A DNA stretch of 64,000 bases from the NCBI GenBank assembly GCA_963740315.1, contig CAVUDP010000002.1, forward strand, positions 832,001 to 896,000. The letters run 5' to 3'. The position numbers and the translations under genes were made by a program. Positions 60,920 to 64,000 of this stretch are shown here, piece after piece (position 1 is the stretch's first letter; every line of letters begins with the position of its first letter). The stretch comes from an uncultured cyanobacterium. GTDB taxonomy: Bacteria; Cyanobacteriota; Cyanobacteriia; Cyanobacteriales; Nostocaceae. The notes beneath the pieces were generated by a model. The model searched no databases. It worked only from the letters and a program-made list of their open reading frames with translations, and was not told where the DNA came from.

Positions 60920-61270
60920 ATGGAAGAAGTAAATACAATCCAATTAGAAGTAAAATCAGAATATTTTTATGAAATGCTGAAATCGATCGAGCAGCGTCCC
61001 GGTTTGTATTTAGGAAAATGCTCCATTACCCGTTTGCATTCATTTTTAACAGGATATATGGGAGCAAGACAAGATTTAGGTTTACCTGTAACTGAAGAAG
61101 AAGGTAAATTTTATAAATTTCAAGATTGGATACAAGAAAGATTTGATGTCAAGTCTTATTATGGATGGAACGATATTATTTTGTTAAATTCTGGTGATGA
61201 AAAAGATGCTTTGAATAAGTTTTTTAAATTGTTTGAAAAGTTTAAGAATGGGGAAAGTGCTTCTAGGTAA
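60920..61270 (+). CDS. Hypothetical protein
   Basis: 116 aa; IEQRPGLYLG..SITRL..FL.GY...FQDWI...W. Confidence 0.78.
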   Translation: MEEVNTIQLEVKSEYFYEMLKSIEQRPGLYLGKCSITRLHSFLTGYMGARQDLGLPVTEEEGKFYKFQDWIQERFDVKSYYGWNDIILLNSGDEKDALNKFFKLFEKFKNGESASR

Positions 61271-61416
61271 ATACATAAAAATATGAAGGTAGGTTGGGTT
61301 AGACGGACAAATAATGTTGAGCATAAATGTAGAGAATTTGATTTCGTCGTAACTCAACATTATAGTTTGTAAATAACCAGAGCATATAAATTAATATTTT
61401 TATTATCCAAGGTTTA

Positions 61417-62337
61417 TCAACGATTGAGCTTGACATCTATGAGTACACCAGCCCAATCACCATCTTGTGTGTTTCCAAGTACATATATGTGGAAATCACT
61501 ATTACTATTAGCACCAATTGTATAAACTCGTAGATTAGTTAAAGTAGACTCAAGAAAATCATCTAACTCTCTATAATCTGTTCCAGGTGGGTATTCAAAT
61601 TCGATGGGAGGTTCCATCTCGATCTCATATTCAATACCTGTTTCTTCATCAAAATAAACTGTTTCTCTGTATTCAACTTCTCTCTCTACGTCACGTAATT
61701 CTGAACTATACGCTGCTGCTACATTCAGCATACTTTTATATTCTTGAGTAGTAAAGAATTTAACTGAATCCATCAGTTTTTCAATCAATTTATCTTTAGT
61801 ATCAGCATACTGCCGCATCCATTTACGTTGATACTTGGCATATTGATTAGTAAGATAAAAATGATTATTCTGCAATTCTTTTAGTAAATCTAAAGTTGCT
61901 TGAGTAGGATAAATATTTTTAATAATGAATTTTTCTGAAGTCCCACCACTATAATCCTTTCCACTAGACTCAAAAGGAGAACAAAGACCAAACCAATCTT
62001 CATCACGAGTTTTACCGATGTAGACATTAAAGACATCATCAGGAAAATAAGCTTGGTAAATTTCTATATTAGTAAGATGAGATTGCAGAATTTTAAAAAG
62101 TGCTTTAGTTTGTTTATCTTCACTTGCTTTTTCTAAGAAAACATCAAACGTTAGACGTTTTAAAGATTTGCTTCCCCAAATTTTATTTGACAGCATCAAT
62201 TTTTCTGCTGTTAGTTCACCCCTTTCAGAAACATCCCAAACGAAAGGATTTAAACTACCTCGCTCATCGTCTGAAAATACTAGACCTTGTGTAAGACATT
62301 TTAAATTAGCAAATAGTTCTTCATTATACGGCTTCAT
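61417..62337 (-). CDS. Protein with two nuclease A inhibitor (NuiA)-like domains
   Basis: LK..TQGL.F...PFVW...L..HLTNIEIY...VYIGKT....FGL and LESTLTNLRVY.IG...IYVLGNTQDGDWAGV resemble NuiA. Confidence 0.65.
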   Translation of the reverse strand: MKPYNEELFANLKCLTQGLVFSDDERGSLNPFVWDVSERGELTAEKLMLSNKIWGSKSLKRLTFDVFLEKASEDKQTKALFKILQSHLTNIEIYQAYFPDDVFNVYIGKTRDEDWFGLCSPFESSGKDYSGGTSEKFIIKNIYPTQATLDLLKELQNNHFYLTNQYAKYQRKWMRQYADTKDKLIEKLMDSVKFFTTQEYKSMLNVAAAYSSELRDVEREVEYRETVYFDEETGIEYEIEMEPPIEFEYPPGTDYRELDDFLESTLTNLRVYTIGANSNSDFHIYVLGNTQDGDWAGVLIDVKLNR

Positions 62338-62676
62338 AATGTATTCTTAAAGAGTAATCTTCTTTTTGTTACTCAGTATAGCAATATTGTACTATACTAT
62401 TGTGATTTTTGATTATATAGTTGTAGGTTGGGTTAGACGGACAAATAATATTGAGCATAAATGTAGAGAATTTGATTTCGTCGTAACCCAACATGATAAT
62501 TCGCGGGTAATTTCGCATATTAAATTAACAGCACAATATTTATCATCTTCTTAGAATACCGATGTTGGGTTACGACACGATAAAACCATTTACTCGTCAT
62601 CAAATAATTTACTTTCGTGTCTAACCCAACCTACGCCCTAGATAAATATTAAATAACTTTTAAGCACTCAATTATT

Positions 62677-62910
62677 ATGAATACACCACGAGTCTTTGTC
62701 GATTTCCATAATGCCGATACTGAAGGTCGTTTACGACTTAATTGTACTGGAACGATTGAAGACTTAGCTCGACAAAAAATTTGGCTCTCAGATGGTTTGC
62801 AATTAATACTGTATAGCGAAGACTTAGAAGCTGATGGAGTTGTTCAGTATTCTACCGAAGAAAATGTTTGGGTAGCTGCAATCAACTGGGATAAAATTAG
62901 AGAAGGATAA
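62677..62910 (+). CDS. Hypothetical protein
   Basis: 77-aa ORF with ATG; VDFHNAD..GRLRLNC.GT..DL. Confidence 0.7.
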   Translation: MNTPRVFVDFHNADTEGRLRLNCTGTIEDLARQKIWLSDGLQLILYSEDLEADGVVQYSTEENVWVAAINWDKIREG

Positions 62911-62972
62911 AATATATTAATTCAAAATATTAACCTCTAAAAACAAGTGTTTTTGATTAACCTAATACTACT

Positions 62973-63257
62973 ATGAAACACAAAAATCAGCTAACCACAA
63001 TAATTAAACGCGAAGACGATTGGTACATTGCACTTTGTCCAGAATTAGATGTTGCCAGTCAAGGTAAAACAATTGAAGAAGCAAAGGATAATTTAATTGA
63101 AGCTGTAGAACTATTTTTTGAAACTGCATCTACCAATGAAATTCAAGAAAGATTGCATACAGAAATATTAGAACGTGAAAAACTTGATTTAATAGAGCGG
63201 CAACATCCTGCATATGAACGTCCCTTCTCGATTAAGAAAACATATAATTTCAACTAA
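62973..63257 (+). CDS. HicB-family antitoxin (no hicA partner)
   Basis: IIKREDDWYIALCPELDVASQGKTIEEAKDNLIEAVELF. Confidence 0.82.
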   Translation: MKHKNQLTTIIKREDDWYIALCPELDVASQGKTIEEAKDNLIEAVELFFETASTNEIQERLHTEILEREKLDLIERQHPAYERPFSIKKTYNFN

Positions 63258-63423
63258 AAACTCTGCACTCCTTTGCGCTTACCTCCGCGTCACTCTGCGT
63301 TTAAATACATATTCTTCCCCAAAATACCGATGTTGAGTTACAACAGTTAGGAAATAATTTACTCGTCATCAAATAATTTACTTTCGTGTCTAACCCATCC
63401 TACAAATCTATAAATCTAAAAAC

Positions 63424-63453
63424 AAAAAAAAGGGATGCCGATCGCAACCCTTT
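63424..63453 (-). terminator. Putative terminator of glbN
   Basis: AAAAAAAAGGGATGC-CGATC-GCAACCCTTT hairpin with U-tract on the minus strand. Confidence 0.55.
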
Positions 63454-63510
63454 GCTTAAAATAAAATGTCGATCGTTTACCCAAAATATTGATATTGGGT
63501 TAGACAATAC

Positions 63511-63867
63511 TTACTTGTTCAAGATAGAGCCTTTTAATTTTTCAACTGCTTCCATTGCTGATTTTGTGTCATCAGCAGATACTCCAGAGCTAGTCATGGA
63601 ATTAGCTAAATGCTTGGTAATGGCATCAAAATGTGGTTGCTGTAATCCCATTCCGGTGTGTGTTTGATCCATGCTACGCCCTTTGTAGTCTTTGGGGCCA
63701 CCCAGGATTAGAGAAAAGAAACCAACTTGGCGATCGCGCTGTTTTTCCATATCCGTATTAGAGAAAAAGCCGCTGACGCTGCTGTCTGCTAGAATGCGTT
63801 TGTGAAAATCATCGACGACTTTCTCAATAGTTGGCTGCCCGCCAATTTTTTCGTATAGTGAACTCAT
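63511..63867 (-). CDS. glbN: Group 1 truncated hemoglobin (cyanoglobin)
   Basis: 118 aa; SLYEKIGG, F..TDM.KQ, LGGP..Y.GRSM...H (proximal His), LQQPHFDAI..HL; AAGGA RBS. Confidence 0.88.
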   Translation of the reverse strand: MSSLYEKIGGQPTIEKVVDDFHKRILADSSVSGFFSNTDMEKQRDRQVGFFSLILGGPKDYKGRSMDQTHTGMGLQQPHFDAITKHLANSMTSSGVSADDTKSAMEAVEKLKGSILNK

Positions 63868-64000
63868 TTCTTTTTCCTTTGAAGCGAATGTGTAGATTGT
63901 TGAATTACTTAACTAACTGTCTACTTGGTATTAGAATTCCCGCTTGATGACGGAAGTGTTGGTTTTTTGTTTGCCATTGCGATCGGGATTTCAATACTAA

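Larger units (their letters stand above)
60808..63403. repeat. Five ~72-bp GTAG-type palindromic repeats interspersed with small genes
   Basis: Forward 60808-60879, 61289-61360, 62423-62494; reverse 62562-62634, 63330-63403. Confidence 0.9.

Noticed and set aside
60808..63403. Classical integron (attC sites with IntI)
   Set aside because: No tyrosine recombinase in the window; repeats are GTAG-headed and occur in both orientations. Reported only as cassette-like.

Overview
This is AT-rich chromosomal DNA from a cyanobacterium, most likely a heterocyst-forming Nostocales/Rivulariaceae-type strain. Evidence: frequent HIP1 octamer GCGATCGC, many heptamer STRR tracts, glnA-gifA-apcF, patX with a DIF1 promoter, and cyanoglobin. 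Core loci are patX; glnA with divergent apcF and convergent gifA, each nitrogen gene carrying a readable NtcA site; tlyA; a ParA/coiled-coil pair with McdA/McdB (carboxysome positioning) hallmarks; mlaD/mlaF; thiE-thiS; two DUF1565 proteins; a Gld-type ABC operon; a diguanylate cyclase; and alaS. Accessory parts are a small Cys-hairpin ORF coupled to a membrane pentapeptide-repeat protein, a TetR-controlled VOC-GST fusion bracketed by an intact and a decayed copy of one methyltransferase, a 19-aa-repeat protein, a broken FAD-oxidoreductase gene, and an exported V8-like protease with a TPR-CHAT protein. After alaS lies a run of small orphan immunity/antitoxin-like genes, each bounded by ~72-bp GTAG-type palindromic repeats, resembling a cassette array. 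Many very small mobile repeats are present, some inserted in frame in proteins (57 bp in alaS, 24 bp in a DUF4340 gene). I saw no rRNA, tRNA, CRISPR array or transposase. All assignments come from motif recognition by eye; no database searches were run.
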